A stretch of 64,000 bases of DNA from Eledone cirrhosa (Eukaryota), in NCBI GenBank assembly GCA_964016885.1, contig OZ024746.1, positions 86,304,001 through 86,368,000 on the forward strand. The letters run 5' to 3'. The position numbers and the translations under genes were made by a program. Positions 26,823-41,228 of this stretch are shown piece after piece. The notes beneath the pieces were generated by a model. That model saw nothing but the letters and a program-made list of their open reading frames with translations. It was not told where the DNA came from and did no database searches. Position 1 is the first letter of the stretch, and the number at the start of each line of letters is the position of its first letter.

Positions 26823-26990
26823 AGCTAGGAAGGGCATCCAGCCGTAGAAAAAGTGCCAGAAACATCCTATATGAGCGAGACACGGTCACTAGACCCAACT
26901 TGCCTATAAATGGGACAAACCAGTCTAACCCATGCTAGCGTGAAAGATGGACGTTAAACGATGATGATGATGATGATGATGATGATGATA
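26823..26990 (+). mobile_element. SINE/RTE-type 3' fragment with (GAT)n tail
   Basis: ggaagggcatccagccgtagaaa..ccagtctaacccatgctagc..ggacgttaaac(gat)n. Confidence 0.7.
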
Positions 26991-27099
26991 TGTATATATT
27001 CCCACTTGGTCCACAACCACTTCTCTTCACACTCGATATCAACTCCCACTATACAGTTATCCACCACGCCTAGGGCCCCCTGACCCTCCAGATTTCCTC

Positions 27100-27330
27100 T
27101 ACCTTCACCTCTCTCCTTAACGTTCCACTTGCACTCTTATCCGCCTCACGGTGACGGTCCTCAACCTCAACTGTTTTTCTTTCTCGGGTGAGATCTACCA
27201 ACAGATGACAGGGGTGGCCATGGGCACAAGAATGGGCCCCAGCTAGGCTAACGTTTTCTTCGGCTATGTTGAGGCCTAACTTGGTTCCCAATACATCGGT
27301 CCCATCCCCGAGCTATACTTCACCACCTCT
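27100..27330 (+). mobile_element. Penelope-like reverse transcriptase fragment (pseudogenised)
   Basis: TLIRLTVTVLNLNCFSFSGEIYQQMTGVAMGTRMGPS*ANVFFGYVE (PLE QxxGxAMG motif). Confidence 0.85.
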
Positions 27331-27379
27331 ATCTCTACCACTTTTGGCCACTTCCTGGTTATCTCTCTATCGGTGCTCT

Positions 27380-28420
27380 TTCTCCTGAGGTACTGATTCG
27401 CCCTCCCTAAACTCTTCTTCTTCATGCTGCGCAGTGAACCTTGTCACCATTTCGCAGATCACCTCGTCGGTTTTGATGCCAACATCCGACGCTGTGCTGA
27501 ACGTATATGCAATGTCAACGTCGACAGCATCGGCTGACAACTGACAATTCCCTGGTAAATTCTGTGGCTTTAGCCTCAGATCTACTTCAGACTTGGCCGC
27601 ACCCTCATCAGCGATGTCCTCCGCGTGTCGTTAGAGCATAACATGGTCCGGGAACTGGAGTCAGCTCTAGCCGATTGGACTGACAAAGGCGTCGTCGTCC
27701 GCCAATATACAGATGTCCAACGTAACTGGGACGACATCAAGTGTAGATCTTCCTTCAAGCGGATGCAACCAAAAGCGGCGTGTAGTTCAAATCGGTGTAT
27801 TCTTCATCAACCAGTAACCTTCCTGGTGACGAGTGCTCTCGCATTGCAGTAGCCCAAAGCCTCTGAGTCTGCATGTGCAAGCCACACACACACAAATGCC
27901 ATAGTAAGGCTGTTGTTGACGAGTTCAGACTTCACCCATTTTCATGCCAACCTTGCCCAAGCCGGTTTCCCCGACACGCTGCTCTGAACGACACCAAGGA
28001 GAGCCTCGATGAAGCTGGCTTCCTTTTTACACCTGGAGCCAGTTAGCTTCCACTGTGGAGATGGTAAGCGCCCCATTTTCCCATTCAAGGGAGCTAAATT
28101 CCTTATCTGGGATGAGAAGTATTGCGACTGGTTCTCTGCCTCCAATTTTGTTGGAATGCAGAGGAGGGGAAGATAAACAAATACTGGGGCTTGATCGACC
28201 ATTTCCTTTTTCCACTGGTCACCGTTGAGGCCACTGGTGTCCTCGGTCCCCGCACTATCAATTTCCTCTGCAAAATCGGGAAGACAGCAGAACGCATGAG
28301 GAAGGAGCCCCGTGATGCATGGTGGCTATTGCAGCGGGTGCCGCAGGCCATTATCTGCGGCAATGCCTTCATCATTTCGTCTGAGGTATATAGCCGAATC
28401 ACTGCCCAGACTGGGGTGTA
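27380..28420 (+). mobile_element. degenerate CRE-like RT C-terminus plus RLE
   Basis: LLRY*FALPKL..FDANIRRCAERICNV..; KINKY..VTVEATGVLGP..EPRDAWWLLQRVPQAIICGNAFII. Confidence 0.75.
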
Positions 28421-29164
28421 GAGTATGTCCCTATCCACCCTCCCTTTCTTTCGTTGCTTGCTTCTCTATTATCTTTTTCTTCTTTCCCTTCCTTATTTTG
28501 TTTTGTTTTTGTTTCATATTATACTACGTTATTTTATGTACGTTTCTGACCATAATTTAATATAATTTACTTTGATTTAATTTATCTTTAATCTATCTTC
28601 GTGTGTCTCATTCTTATATTTACTTATATTATCTTATATTTACTTATGTTATCTACGTGTCTTATTCTTATATTTACTTTAAGTTAACCTGGGTCAACCA
28701 ACACTAGTTAATTATTTAAAATACCCATTAATAACTTCTTATCGGTTTGACCTGTTGGCTCAGAGATCTCGATCGGTTTCACTGCTGTCTACTGCAAGGT
28801 GCAGGGAATATTCCTACTATCTAGCCTCACCCCATCCTCGGCTCGGACATTCCCTTTATATCGACAGATTTTTACTCTGGCGCTCCACTCATACAGTGCA
28901 TGAATTTCTTAGGATGGGGCTATGGACACCTGAATGAAATCCTTCCAGCTGTAGTTAAGCGTGGAACAGCGATGGTGAAGACCTCCCATATATTAAGTAT
29001 TTTATAGCCCAGTTAAACTTCTATATAACAAATACTTTATATACTTTATTTTCTTGTTAAGCTATAGCGTTATCTATTTTAGGTATATTTATTTCAATTT
29101 AATTTATTTTTTGGGTATAATATTCCAACCCCTCTTTCACAGTTAATTGTGGTAAAATAATCAC

Positions 29165-29610
29165 GGGTGTAAATAAGCCCCTTATTTACACCCCCCTCCC
29201 ACACACACACACACGCTTACACCTCCACTTATTCTCTCTCTCACACATACACACACAAAGACCAGTTCTAACAGGAGATAACATCTATCCCCACATTTAC
29301 GTACACACACACACACACACATACAGCTTCACGCATTCTCCTACACACTTAAACAGGCATGTACAATAAAACCCCTTTTAAAGGGAGACTACTCTTTATC
29401 CACTCCTGTCAGCATGACTTGGCAAGCTATTTAGAACACTGGTTTAACCGCTTTACTTCCCTCCGAAGAAGAGATATTATCTCGAAAATTAAGGACATTT
29501 AAATAAATCTAAGGTAAAAGACTAATTGTCAACAATATCTTTTGCATTTGCATTCTTTATTCTATGTCCATACCTGCATTGTTTTGGCTTTATTATACAT
29601 ATATAAACGT
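29165..29610 (+). mobile_element. 5'-truncated copy of the 7318-8632 PLE 3' end
   Basis: Matches the reverse complement of ~7318-7860; ends in (TA)n; carries the CCGAAGA HHR-like motif at 29457-29495. Confidence 0.85.
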
Positions 29611-29627
29611 GTATATATATATATATA

Positions 29628-29691
<64 letters not shown>

Positions 29692-29692
29692 A

Positions 29693-29761
<69 letters not shown>

Positions 29762-29791
29762 TAGATATGTAGCTGGATAGCTAGGTAGAAG

Positions 29792-29828
<37 letters not shown>

Positions 29829-29831
29829 TAG

Positions 29832-29889
<58 letters not shown>

Positions 29890-30016
29890 CGGGAGAACGA
29901 GAGAGAGATAGGTAGGTAGGTTGGTATGTAGGTATGTAGGTGTAGGTAGATTCGTAGATAGATAGGTACGTAAGTAGATTGGAAGTTAGGTAGAGAGAGG
30001 GGAGAGAGAGAGTGAG

Positions 30017-30087
<71 letters not shown>

Positions 30088-30183
30088 CAGTGAAATATCT
30101 GAACGAAACGCAAAAACCTCTAAAATAGAACGAAGGAAATTAAGAACCGTGCTTTATCAAACTCTCTCTCCCCCTCTCCCCCC

Positions 30184-30214
<31 letters not shown>

Positions 30215-30435
30215 TCTAACTCTTACTCACTCTTTCTCTCTCTCTTTCTCTCTCTCACACACACTGACTCTTTCTCCCTCTCCCCCCTCAATCCCCCCTC
30301 TCTTGTGTTCCTTATATCTTTATTTCTTTCTTTTACCCACCTCTCTGTATATTTATGTATATATATATGTAATATCACATCATTTTTTTGTTATTCTTAT
30401 ATATATATATATATGTGTGTGTGTATGTGTGTGAA

Positions 30436-30472
<37 letters not shown>

Positions 30473-30648
30473 TAATATATATATACATATATATATATGT
30501 ATATGTATATATCTATCTATCAATATACATACATATATATCACCCCACTCTCAAGAGCGTGAAATTAATAAACATTCGTTGTACTGCCTCTCTGTCTTGT
30601 TCCTGTTCAAATTTTCCATTATATATATAAATATAAATATATATATAT

Positions 30649-30735
<87 letters not shown>

Positions 30736-30969
30736 CCTCTGTTACATTCACTCCCTTCTTGTCTTAATCACTTTCCTCTCTACTCAAAAATGTCTGCTGT
30801 AGAAGTCAGGTACAGTGAGAGAATACAAGAGTACTATATATATTCTTCTACATTGTTTTCTGCTATCAGCTTCTGATCACATGGTTAATGCGTGTCTATC
30901 TTTATCTCTTCTATATTCGTCACCTTCGTGGAAAGATACAGGAAGGTATTAACTCTCTATATTTAGAAT

Positions 30970-31490
30970 AGAGGTTCTAATGTCAAAGTAGGTGCTACTG
31001 ACCCCCCGTCTAGCGTTGCGAACGTCCAGGGGATCTCTCGGGCCTAATGGAGTGGTGAGGGCCGATAGAGATGATATAATAGTATATTAAATATCAAATG
31101 ATACATATTATATATAATTATAGTTGTTTCTACTTTTGGCACAAGGCCAGAAATTACCCAGTACATTACTGGTACTTTATTTTATCGACCCCGTAACGAT
31201 GAAAGGCAAAGTTAACCTCGACGGGATTTGAACTCAGACCGTAAAGGGACGTAACTATGCTGGAAAGCATGGCGTCCGACCCTCTACCGATACTGTCAAT
31301 TCATATTATATATAAATATAGTAAAATATAAAATATATAATATTTATTTATACATAGTATATATTACATTATTTATTATATATTATTTACAATTTGCGTG
31401 TAGGCAGGTCTATCTGGAAATAGGGATGGGGGCACTCAGGATATTATGTGGCCGAGGGGAGAGGTGGCCCCAAAAGTTTGAGAACCTCTG
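30970..31490. mobile_element. hAT/Charlie-like MITE interrupted by SINE A (31122-31303, minus)
   Basis: Ends aagtttgagaacctctg; uninterrupted sister at 34504-34831; SINE TSD catattatatataa. Confidence 0.75.
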
Positions 31491-33399
31491 ATTTAGAATA
31501 AAATGATTCGGGCAAGTAGGCTGGGTTTGGTGCTTCTGGGGTGGGTTAGGGGCGCTTTACAACATTCTGGGTGGGAACACTAATTCGTAATAATTTCAAG
31601 TCTGATTTTGGAATAAGTATTTCGCTGTAATGTTTTTTTTTTCTAAATATGATTGTGTACTATTGATGTGTAGGGAAGCGGCAGTGTCATCCTGTGTCTT
31701 AATCTTTGGTGACAGGCCTGGAATATTTCAACTAGAGTAGTTGTTATCTATGTACACACACGCATACAGACACAGGCAGAAACAGATTCGCGCGCACGCA
31801 TGCAATACACACACAATCATATTCTTTACAATATTACCTTATTTAGTATGTTTTAGCCATCAACGCCAAAGCCATCCTGAATCATCTTCTGTGGTGTTAA
31901 ATGTTCTATCTCTCTTATGACGTCTCTCTGTATGTCCAGGAACTCAATATTTTATTGTCTTTTTGGTGGGGGTTGTATATGGCAGAAACTGTATGAATCT
32001 GACAATCTAAAAATCATTTGTAATATCTTTTTTTAGCATTTTATGGGCGCTTTACCTCTTTTAAACATCATTTACCATGTAAGCGCAAATATTTGACACA
32101 AAATGTCAATTTACTACACAAAATTAAATATAAAATTGCATAAAATTACATTTACAACTGCACAATATTACATCTAGAACTGCAGAATATTTGATATATC
32201 ATAGAACTGCAAAAATATTGGATTTAGAACCGCACAAGCAACGATCAATTTCACGTTAACATCATCACTGATGTGGCTTCTCTAAGCTTGTGGATCAACG
32301 AATTGGTGGAGTCAGATCTGCATTGTCGCTTTTTGTATATGACTTATTTGCTATATTTGACAGAAATGCATTTAGATACCTTTTGAATATCTCAGTTAAG
32401 ACCTTAATCAAGTTTTGTAATATATTCGGGACATACAGATCCGTCCGATGGTGAGATCTCCCGACCACTTATAGGTGGGTGAGAGATGTCTTCTCTTGTG
32501 AAAATGGGAATAGTTTTGATTATGTAAAATCTCCCCATTTTGCCTCATTTCTTATTTTCATAGTATTACTTATTTTCATAGTATTACTTATTTTCATAGT
32601 ATTACTTATTTTCATAGTATTCCCCGTTTGGGTTTTTAGAGGTTGGCAGGTCCTGTAGACAGTTATAAAATTCATGAGATTTAAATGATAATCTAATACA
32701 ATGTAGATTCCTAATGTGTATACATGTGGAAGAAAGTGTTAGGATATGGGTGTGTGTATTCGTGTTTTTCGCAATTTGAAAATAAAAGCTCCTTTTTGGG
32801 GATGTTCAAATAGAAAGCAAGGTAGATAATTTCTATTATATCAGTTGATATAAGTTTTTTCGGGAAAGTACACTAAGACCGGGCCATTTCTTTATTGCCA
32901 ACTGGTGAAAAAAATGGACATGTTTCTATCTTCATAAATCTCCATAGTCAAACATATTCACTAGTAATTGGCTTAACTTAGAAGTATTAACAAAACATGA
33001 TGAATACAAATATACATAGATAGTACAAGGCTACATGACGTTGTACAGAAAAAATGCACTGAATTATGTTGGTCATTTAGTTGAATATTAATCATTGTAA
33101 GTCTACTGGCTAGTCACGGTTCGAACATTTTAACAAAGAGTGAGATGTATGATCATGAGTTCAGCATCATTAAACAAAAAATCATATGTACACTGTTAGA
33201 ATGAGCGTGAGTGGTCACAATTGGTGTGCGGTTTAAAAAGAGGGTCAATAGGTAGGGTTAGAGCGGTGTTATAGAAGAGAATTCATAGCTACAGCTCGGG
33301 GAGTGTTAAGAATGTGAGTGGATTGTCATTGTAGAGAAGTGAGTTACTGAAAGACAAAAAATGAAAAAAAGAAAACAGTTGGACGCCTTTCTCACTTTC

Positions 33400-33760
33400 A
33401 TATACATATACACCACCACCGAACATAAAAGAAGAAAACACCCACTGTCATTGCCCCCGTCTCTTCCGATCTCCCCATCTCTCACTATCATGAGCAAATG
33501 GAGGCCCATGTGCTGACTGCCCCGCGGCCCCAACAGATTGGTCACCTGGCGGACAGAATAGAGAAAGCGTTTCCCAGGGGGATGGTGAGGGAAACTCGCT
33601 GGAAGAGCCATTCCAGCTCGCGAGGCTCACACCTTCGGGTAGCCAACTCTCTGCCGATGGTGTTGAACAGAGAGTTGATCCTAGGGCCAGGGACATCTGA
33701 AGTCTCCACAGCCACGGTCACGACCGCAAACCTGTTGGAGAGCATTCCATAGACACGCAT
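33400..33760 (-). mobile_element. CRE-like RLE 3' fragment, family A
   Basis: VAVETSDVPGP..EPRELEWLFQRVSLTIPLGNAFSILS plus shared 3' extension. Confidence 0.8.
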
Positions 33761-33769
33761 ACCCTTTAC

Positions 33770-33970
33770 GTAGTTCTCAGGGAGATTCAGTGTCACACAT
33801 TGTGTGACAAGGCTGGTCCTTCGAACTACAGGTACAACTCATTTTTACCAGCTGAATGGACTGGGGCAACGTGAAATAAAGTGTCTTGCTCAAGGACACA
33901 ATGCGCCGCTGGGAATCGAACTCACGACCTTACGATTGTAAGCTGAATACCCTAACTACAAAGCTACAAA
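33770..33970 (-). mobile_element. SINE family B
   Basis: gtgtcttgctcaaggacacaa..gggaatcgaactcacgacc. Confidence 0.8.
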
Positions 33971-34047
33971 GCCACAACAACAACTATAACGGTGACGACA
34001 ACTACAGCAACGACAACTGGAGAAGTAACTAGTCCAGAATATTTCCG

Positions 34048-34460
34048 ACTAGCAGATTTACCCGGCGTTGCTCGGGGTTTGAAATTATGCTAAGAATATA
34101 CAGCTTGGAAGTAAAAGAACAACATTATTTGTCCCCAACCTGTCAAAATAAGCAGAAGTCTTCAATAATTAATGCAAACGAATATATTTGGTGAAAAGGT
34201 TATCTCCCTTTTTTATAAGGGTGGTCAATAAAGTTTTTTATCTCCCTTACATCAATTTTTCTACCGATAATTTTGATATCGATTTTTTATTACTCAACGT
34301 GGGTCGATTTGAAAAATGTTTGTGATGTGACAATCTTAGTGACCTGTGCAACGTGCACAGAAAATTTGGTCAAATTCAATTGGTAATTGTGAAAGCCTTA
34401 TGCATGCAAAGTTGTACACAGACACACACACATCCACGCAAGCCACTGAAACTATATTTT
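34048..34460 (+). mobile_element. Helitron/HINE-like element
   Basis: actagc..acccggcgttgctcgggg start; CA-rich tract near the 3' end. Confidence 0.55.
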
Positions 34461-34503
34461 AGTGTCATATTCAAATTTTTTCAACGCCTTTCACGGTCTA
34501 AGC

Positions 34504-34831
34504 CAGAGGTCTTCTAAGTGGGCGCTACTGCCCCTTTGGGGAGGGGCGCTAGGGCCTCAGGGGGAGGTAGGGGTGGTAGAGATGATATAATAGTATATTA
34601 GACTTCAAATGATACACATTATTATATAAATATAGTAAAATAAAAAATATATATTTATTTATACATAGTATATATTATATTTATTATATATGAATTAATG
34701 ATTTTATTTATTATATATTGTTTACTATTTGCATGTAGGTAGCTCTCTCTGGAAATGGGAGAGGGGGTGCTTAGGGTATTTCGTGGTCGTGAGGGGGGGG
34801 GGGGGGGGGCAAAAATGTTTGAAAACCTCTT
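34504..34831. mobile_element. hAT/Charlie-like MITE
   Basis: cagaggtcttc ... gaaaacctct; sister of 30970-31490. Confidence 0.7.
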
Positions 34832-35104
34832 GTCTAAGCGAAGTAAGATGGTTTCAACTACTGATTGAAATAGTGTTGCGACTTGATGATCGAGGTTTTA
34901 CGTTTTGTTTTGTTATTTTACTGATCTTCCAGATAAATATTGACACTAACGTTCAGTTGTATAAGAGATGAATGGGTTAAGTCGGATAGAGTGTCTTGCT
35001 ATAATGTGATAGTTTCTTCTACTTCTCGCGTTCTGAGTTCAAATACAGTCAACTTCGTATTTCATCCTTTCGGAAACGATGGAACAATACCTACACACAA
35101 TCTC

Positions 35105-35170
<66 letters not shown>

Positions 35171-35247
35171 ACACACACACACACACACACTCATGCACAC
35201 ACACACACATACACACAAACACACACGTACACACGTATACGCACACA

Positions 35248-35306
<59 letters not shown>

Positions 35307-35516
35307 ATACGCACACACACACACATCTATATAATCATTCTTCGTGTGTTTCGTCCGTTCGTTAATGTGTACGTTACGCTTTAGTTACATACACACACAC
35401 ACACACATCTACACACAAATACATAAACAGATACACAGACAACAGAAATACAAACAAACACAGACACACAATTGTCTGACCTTGATAGTTCATAATAGTT
35501 TTTTCAGGATAGATAT

Positions 35517-35582
<66 letters not shown>

Positions 35583-35777
35583 TGAAAAGCAGAACGATTG
35601 TATTCCTCCTTTGTAGGTTTGGCTAAATTGAATCCATGCCAATAGTCCATTACATGAAATGTAAGCTAATGGTAACAAACTATTGCGAAAATGTCTCCCA
35701 ATATCCTGTCGTAAGTAAACAAAGCTTTTACACAAATAATGTTTATGAAATACATTCTGTTTATATGTATATATGTT

Positions 35778-35821
<44 letters not shown>

Positions 35822-35824
<3 letters not shown>

Positions 35825-37660
35825 TATAATATAAAATCAAAAGATGGTTAAAAGAGTTCCATGTATTTTATTATGCGTATTTCAAAAACAAATATCATCA
35901 TGGGATGATATTTGCGTTCTCATCAGATAAAATAGGGAGACATGACATGAAGCTTAAAAAACACTTGCGAACAGTGAAGTGTTAAATCAACATATGAAAA
36001 ATAAAATAAGATGGATATATGAGATTGGAAAAAAGGAAAGGAAGGGGGGAAGGAAACGGTAAGGAAGAGGAAGAAAGAATATAGATAGAAGAAAAAAAAA
36101 ATAATAAGGAAAGGATGACGGAGGAGGAGTATAAGAAGGAAGGATGAGAGAGGAGAAGAAAATGAGTGAGAGAGAGAGATATATATAACCTTTAATACTG
36201 AGAAACACTGTCTCACAGAGAAAATAAAAACGTTGTAAGATAATACATAATTTTAAAAATTAAGAAATTAAAAGTTAATGAGATTTATGAATGGTGATGC
36301 TTATGATTAAAGAAAAAGGAATTAAGAATACTATTTATTTAAGGTTTATATATTGGAGGGTTTAATAAGATGTGCGAAAAGGAATTTATTAAAATGTATT
36401 ATTAAAATAAAATATATTAAGAAGATAAGGTGAATGAAGATAAGGTTAAATGAATTATGAACTTAGAGGAATTAGGGTCCAAGTTTGTTTCTATATATTG
36501 TAATAGGAAAAAGTAAATAATAGATTTAATACGAGCACAGAAGGAGAGAAGAAAGAAAAATTCAAGGAAGAAAAAATATATAACGTCAAAAAAAAATGTT
36601 TCCAAAATTTCTCTAATGGTAATATTAGTATATATTAAAAATAAAAATTTGTATCGCCGAGAATATAAGGAAAATGCTATAGTGAGTTATAAGATAAATT
36701 AAGAAGTAATTGAGAAGTAAAAGTTGCAGATTAAAGATTAGAAATTAAAAAAGAGGAAAATTAGGGGACCGCTAACGACATAGTATGAGTAATATTGTAT
36801 AATATACTGAAATAAGGTAGAAAGATGGGTATATTTGTAAAAAATATATAAAAGCGTTTGAGAAAAGAAGATTTTAAACTAATTAGGTAGTAAGATATTA
36901 GATGTATACTTTATGGAAAGTTCTATGGGATTTATGCAAGCAGAGCGAAAATAAATCCGTACGTCTATTTATTATAGAAATAAAATTAGAGATAATGGTA
37001 AATTTCTCCGCTAGGCAGACATTACATGTTCTAGATAGGGAAGAATTAAGGTAAGGAGAGGCGTTGCAAACCTTCCTCCAAGAAAGGTTGTAGTTAATAT
37101 TTTTGTCCTTTAAGGACCATATGAGTTCTGAGAGAGCCGTGTTAGTTCTTTTAAGTTGGTATTTAAAAGAGGAATTGTGATTATAAAATCTTGCTTTAAA
37201 GGAAGTGAAAGTGGAACCAAAATAGGTAAAAGAATTAGTACCAGTTATAACCTTACATTCATACACTAAGTTTTTATCAAGACATTGGTTACTCAGAGGA
37301 CATTTAGTTCTAATAGGGCAATTGCAATTACGATTAGAGAAATTACCAGACTTATTAGCAAGTGACCCAGTATTATTTATAGAAGGAATTGAATTGGAGA
37401 AGTTACTTACGATAGGTGCCAAAGTTTCCTGATTTAGATTGGTATTATGAACATTCGACAAAGTTACGTTTGACGTCGTATTTAAATTTACGAAATCTAG
37501 CCTAGAGTTAACATTGACGTCGGGCTTACTATTGTTATTATTATGACGCTCAGTGTTGGATGGATATGATTTATTACTTAATATTTCATTTTTTATGTTT
37601 TGAGATAATGTTAGAGATATTGGAAGTGGTGGAATAAGAGAATTTAATTGTATGCTTATT
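35822..37660 (-). mobile_element. Penelope-like element (Hydra-type linker), GIY-YIG endonuclease plus 3' UTR/pLTR
   Basis: Open frame [47 protein letters not shown] (36898-~37560); 3' UTR ends with an HHR, then (TA)n. Confidence 0.9.
35864..35934 (-). ncRNA. type-I hammerhead ribozyme motif
   Basis: tattttat CTGATGA gaacgcaaatatcatc-ccat-gatgatatttgttttt GAAAT ACGC ATA^ataaaata; 8-bp helix I. Confidence 0.85.
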
Positions 37661-37717
37661 AAAGATCTTACACAAATAATGTTTATGAAATACATTCTGT
37701 TCATATGTATATATGTT

Positions 37718-37799
<82 letters not shown>

Positions 37800-37851
37800 C
37801 ATACATATATATACATACATACATATATATATATATACATACATATATATA

Positions 37852-38045
37852 TGGCTGAGCTCCGGCCGTTTCGACAGCTAGATCCAAAAGATCCGAACTT
37901 AGTTTGGATCTAGTTGTCGAAACGGCCGGAGCTCAGCCGTCGGGGTCCTCACTCTTTTCCTATTACCTACTCTACTACCCTAAGTATCGAGTACTCGGGT
38001 TCGTTATGGTCCACCTGGTTCCTTACCACACTTGCTTTGTTATAT
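37852..38045 (+). mobile_element. family H1-related PLE end with fold-back
   Basis: ggctgagctccggccgtttcgacagctagatccaaa..tttggatctagttgtcGAAACggccggagctcagccGTC^gggg. Confidence 0.8.
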
Positions 38046-38614
38046 ATACAAAGTAGAGGTGATAGGGTTGTGACTGCGGTATCCAACCACAGACTATGCA
38101 GCACCTCCGGATATGCTCCCTGCTGGACACCCCTGCACAGAATTGGACTTGGCAGAGTTTAATGAGAAAGGACAGCAATGTGTTCAGCTGTGGCGGAACC
38201 ACATCTAGCCAAGCTTTGTAACTGACACTCTTTAGGGAGAGGGAAATTTTATGTAAAGATCACCCAATACCTATTTCTAACGGCATTGATTGTTTATATT
38301 CAAAAGCTTAAACAGTCAACCATAATTACTTGTCTACTCCACTGCTATAGCTTCAAGTGAACATCTAGGCATGACAAGAAGAAGAACAAAAGGTAGATGC
38401 AGAGAGAAGAAATAGTAAGATAACCGAAAATAAAAGGAACTCAGGGTTGGGTGGAGTAAGAAGCCCTGAAATATCATGGGTAAATCATTACTTTCTTCTG
38501 TTTTATTTGTCATAATTTGCCCTTCGTATTTTTCTACTGCATTGCACCGGCCTTTTGAAAATAATCGGTTTTTATTACGCACGCACACACACACACACAC
38601 ACACACTTGCAAAT

Positions 38615-38723
<109 letters not shown>

Positions 38724-38769
38724 AAGAGTGAAGAATAACATGGTCAATAGTACAAAAAGGGTTTATTTA

Positions 38770-38883
38770 CAGTATTTACAGTATTGTTTCATTCATTAGG
38801 GTGTCTAAAAAATGTAATCACTTGCAGTTGTGTCACACAATTTTAAATACAATGTATGCCTAATCAAATCATCAGAATAACTG
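38770..38883 (-). ncRNA. type-I hammerhead ribozyme motif
   Basis: cagttatt CTGATGA t ttgattagg..cctaatgaa t GAAAC AATACT GTA^aatactg, followed by AATAAA. Confidence 0.75.
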
Positions 38884-39087
38884 ATTAAAATTATACACGG
38901 CATTTGTAATATACTAAGAAAATTCAAAACACATCGGTAATAAAGAAAGAAAAAGAAAAAGAAAAGAACGAAAAAAAAAATAAATAAATTAAAAAAAAAA
39001 TAAATAAATAAAATAGAAAATAGAAAATAGAAAATAGAAAATAGAAAATAGAAAAAAAAAAAATAAATAAATAGAAAAAAAAAAAAA

Positions 39088-41145
39088 AATGTGCTGCTAC
39101 TTATGGTTGTTATTCATACTACTGTTTAGGGTAGTGTTAGGTTCCTTCTTATCTATATTTTTCTTTCTGTGGTGTTTCTTCCCTTTAATGATTGTGGTCA
39201 GTACAGATTTAGGGTCATTAGAGTTGGTATTAACATAGAAAAGTTTTTCATTAGGTTTATGATAAGGTGTGTATTTTTTAGAGTCTAAGTAGAGAGTGAC
39301 GTCCAGGAAGTTTGGTGTTTTTATCTAAAGTGATACCTAACTTATAGTTTTTAAATATTTTATGTAATTGTTTTCTAGTTCTTTCTATATTGAACTTTTT
39401 ATAGTCTAAGAGAAAAAGTGCGTCGTCTCGGTAGAAAACAATTACATAAAATATTTAAAAACTATAACTTAGGTATCACTTTAGATAAAAACACCAAAAA
39501 TGTTAACTTCCTGGACGTCACTCTCTACCTAGACTCTAAAAAATACACACCTTATCATAAACCTAATGAAAAACTTTTCTATGTTAATACCAACTCTAAC
39601 AACCCTAAATCTGTACTGACCTCAATCATTAAAGGGGTATCTAATAGAAACTCTAGCCTTTCTTATAACGAGAATACATTTAATCGTAACTCCCAATACT
39701 ATAATGAACCCTTAGCCCGTTCCGGCGATAGAGATAAAATTAAATTTAAACCTAAATCGTCAACCACCCATAGACAACCTAATATAATTTCACACAACAT
39801 GGCCATGAATAAAAGTAAATATGATCATAGTATTGAAAATCCTGACTCCTATACAAAGGGCACCATAAAAAAGGTAAATCACACCACAGCAATAATCCTA
39901 AGAAACACCACAGAAAGAAAAATATAGATAAGAAGGAACCGAACACCACACTAAACAGTAGTATGAATAACAACCATAAGAAATAGTAGCACATTTTTTA
40001 ACCCTCCGTTCAACTTAAATGTATCAACAAACATACCTAAAGCTTTCTTCTCTTCTCTAGACAAAAACTTCCCAACTAACCATAAATACCACAAGCTATT
40101 TAACAAAAACACAATTAAAATATCCTACTCTACCACACCTAACATAGCAGACCATATAGCCAGCACCAACAAGAAAAAGATTAAAAACTACTTCAAATTA
40201 CACCAAAGTAATAATGTCCAGCATAGAAATAACCTGAACAATAACACAGTATAAGACCATACAGCAAGTCACACTAATAATACCAATAATAACTCACCAT
40301 AATCATAATACTAGAAGTAGAAACAGAAACAACCACTCAAATGCATACCCCCATAACCAGTATACTAGTTACCAAAACAATTGTAATTGTAGGCCTAACA
40401 AGACATGCCCATTAAATAAGAACTGCCTAATTAAAGACATTGTCCACTCCGGTACTGTAACCGCTAATCACATCTCGAAAGTATATATAGGCTCAACATC
40501 GAATAGCTTTAAGACCAGATATAATTCACACCTCCATTCGTTCAGACACCCTAAACTTAGCAACGCAACCTCACTATCCACATACATACACTCATTAAAA
40601 TCAAGTAACATACCATACACCTTAAAATGGAAAGTGATAGCTAAGGCCACTTTATATAGACCACCTAACAAATTTTGTAACCTTTGCATCCTTGAGTCTA
40701 AAAATATTATTCACTCTAACCTTAGCCTACTAAATAGGAAATCAGAGATCTTCTACACTTGTCCACATTACCATTGATTCTCGTTCCACTACTTCAAACC
40801 TAGTAACTAATAATAATAATAATAATAATAATAAAAATAAAAATAAAGACCAATGTCGGATATAACACTAGACCACCACCTTTTAATTTATCCAAATAGA
40901 CTTTCAAGAATATAGGACTACACCTTAATTAAAATACCACACTGACCTACATACAGTCAATAAACCCCTGTTTGATATCTTACCTTATAACATTAAAATA
41001 TTTAAATAATATAGACACTCTAATAAACTCTCAATATACAACACTAACTAAATAGCAGACAACTGTGTATATAACTCCAATTACTCCAGTATATATTATG
41101 CAACTCCCTATCCTGTCATAAAAAACTGCAACTATCTCTACACAA
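39088..41145 (+). mobile_element. Penelope-like element (Hydra-type): RT C-terminus plus GIY-YIG, with inverted 5' duplication
   Basis: VNFLDVTL..PYHKPN..; FNPPFN..FNKNTIKISYS; NCNCRPNKTCPLNKNC..YIGSTSNSFKTRYNSH..CNLCILE; stops/frameshifts; 39088-39380 is an inverted, internally deleted copy. Confidence 0.9.
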
Positions 41146-41157
41146 TCTGTATGTATG

Positions 41158-41221
<64 letters not shown>

Positions 41222-41228
<7 letters not shown>

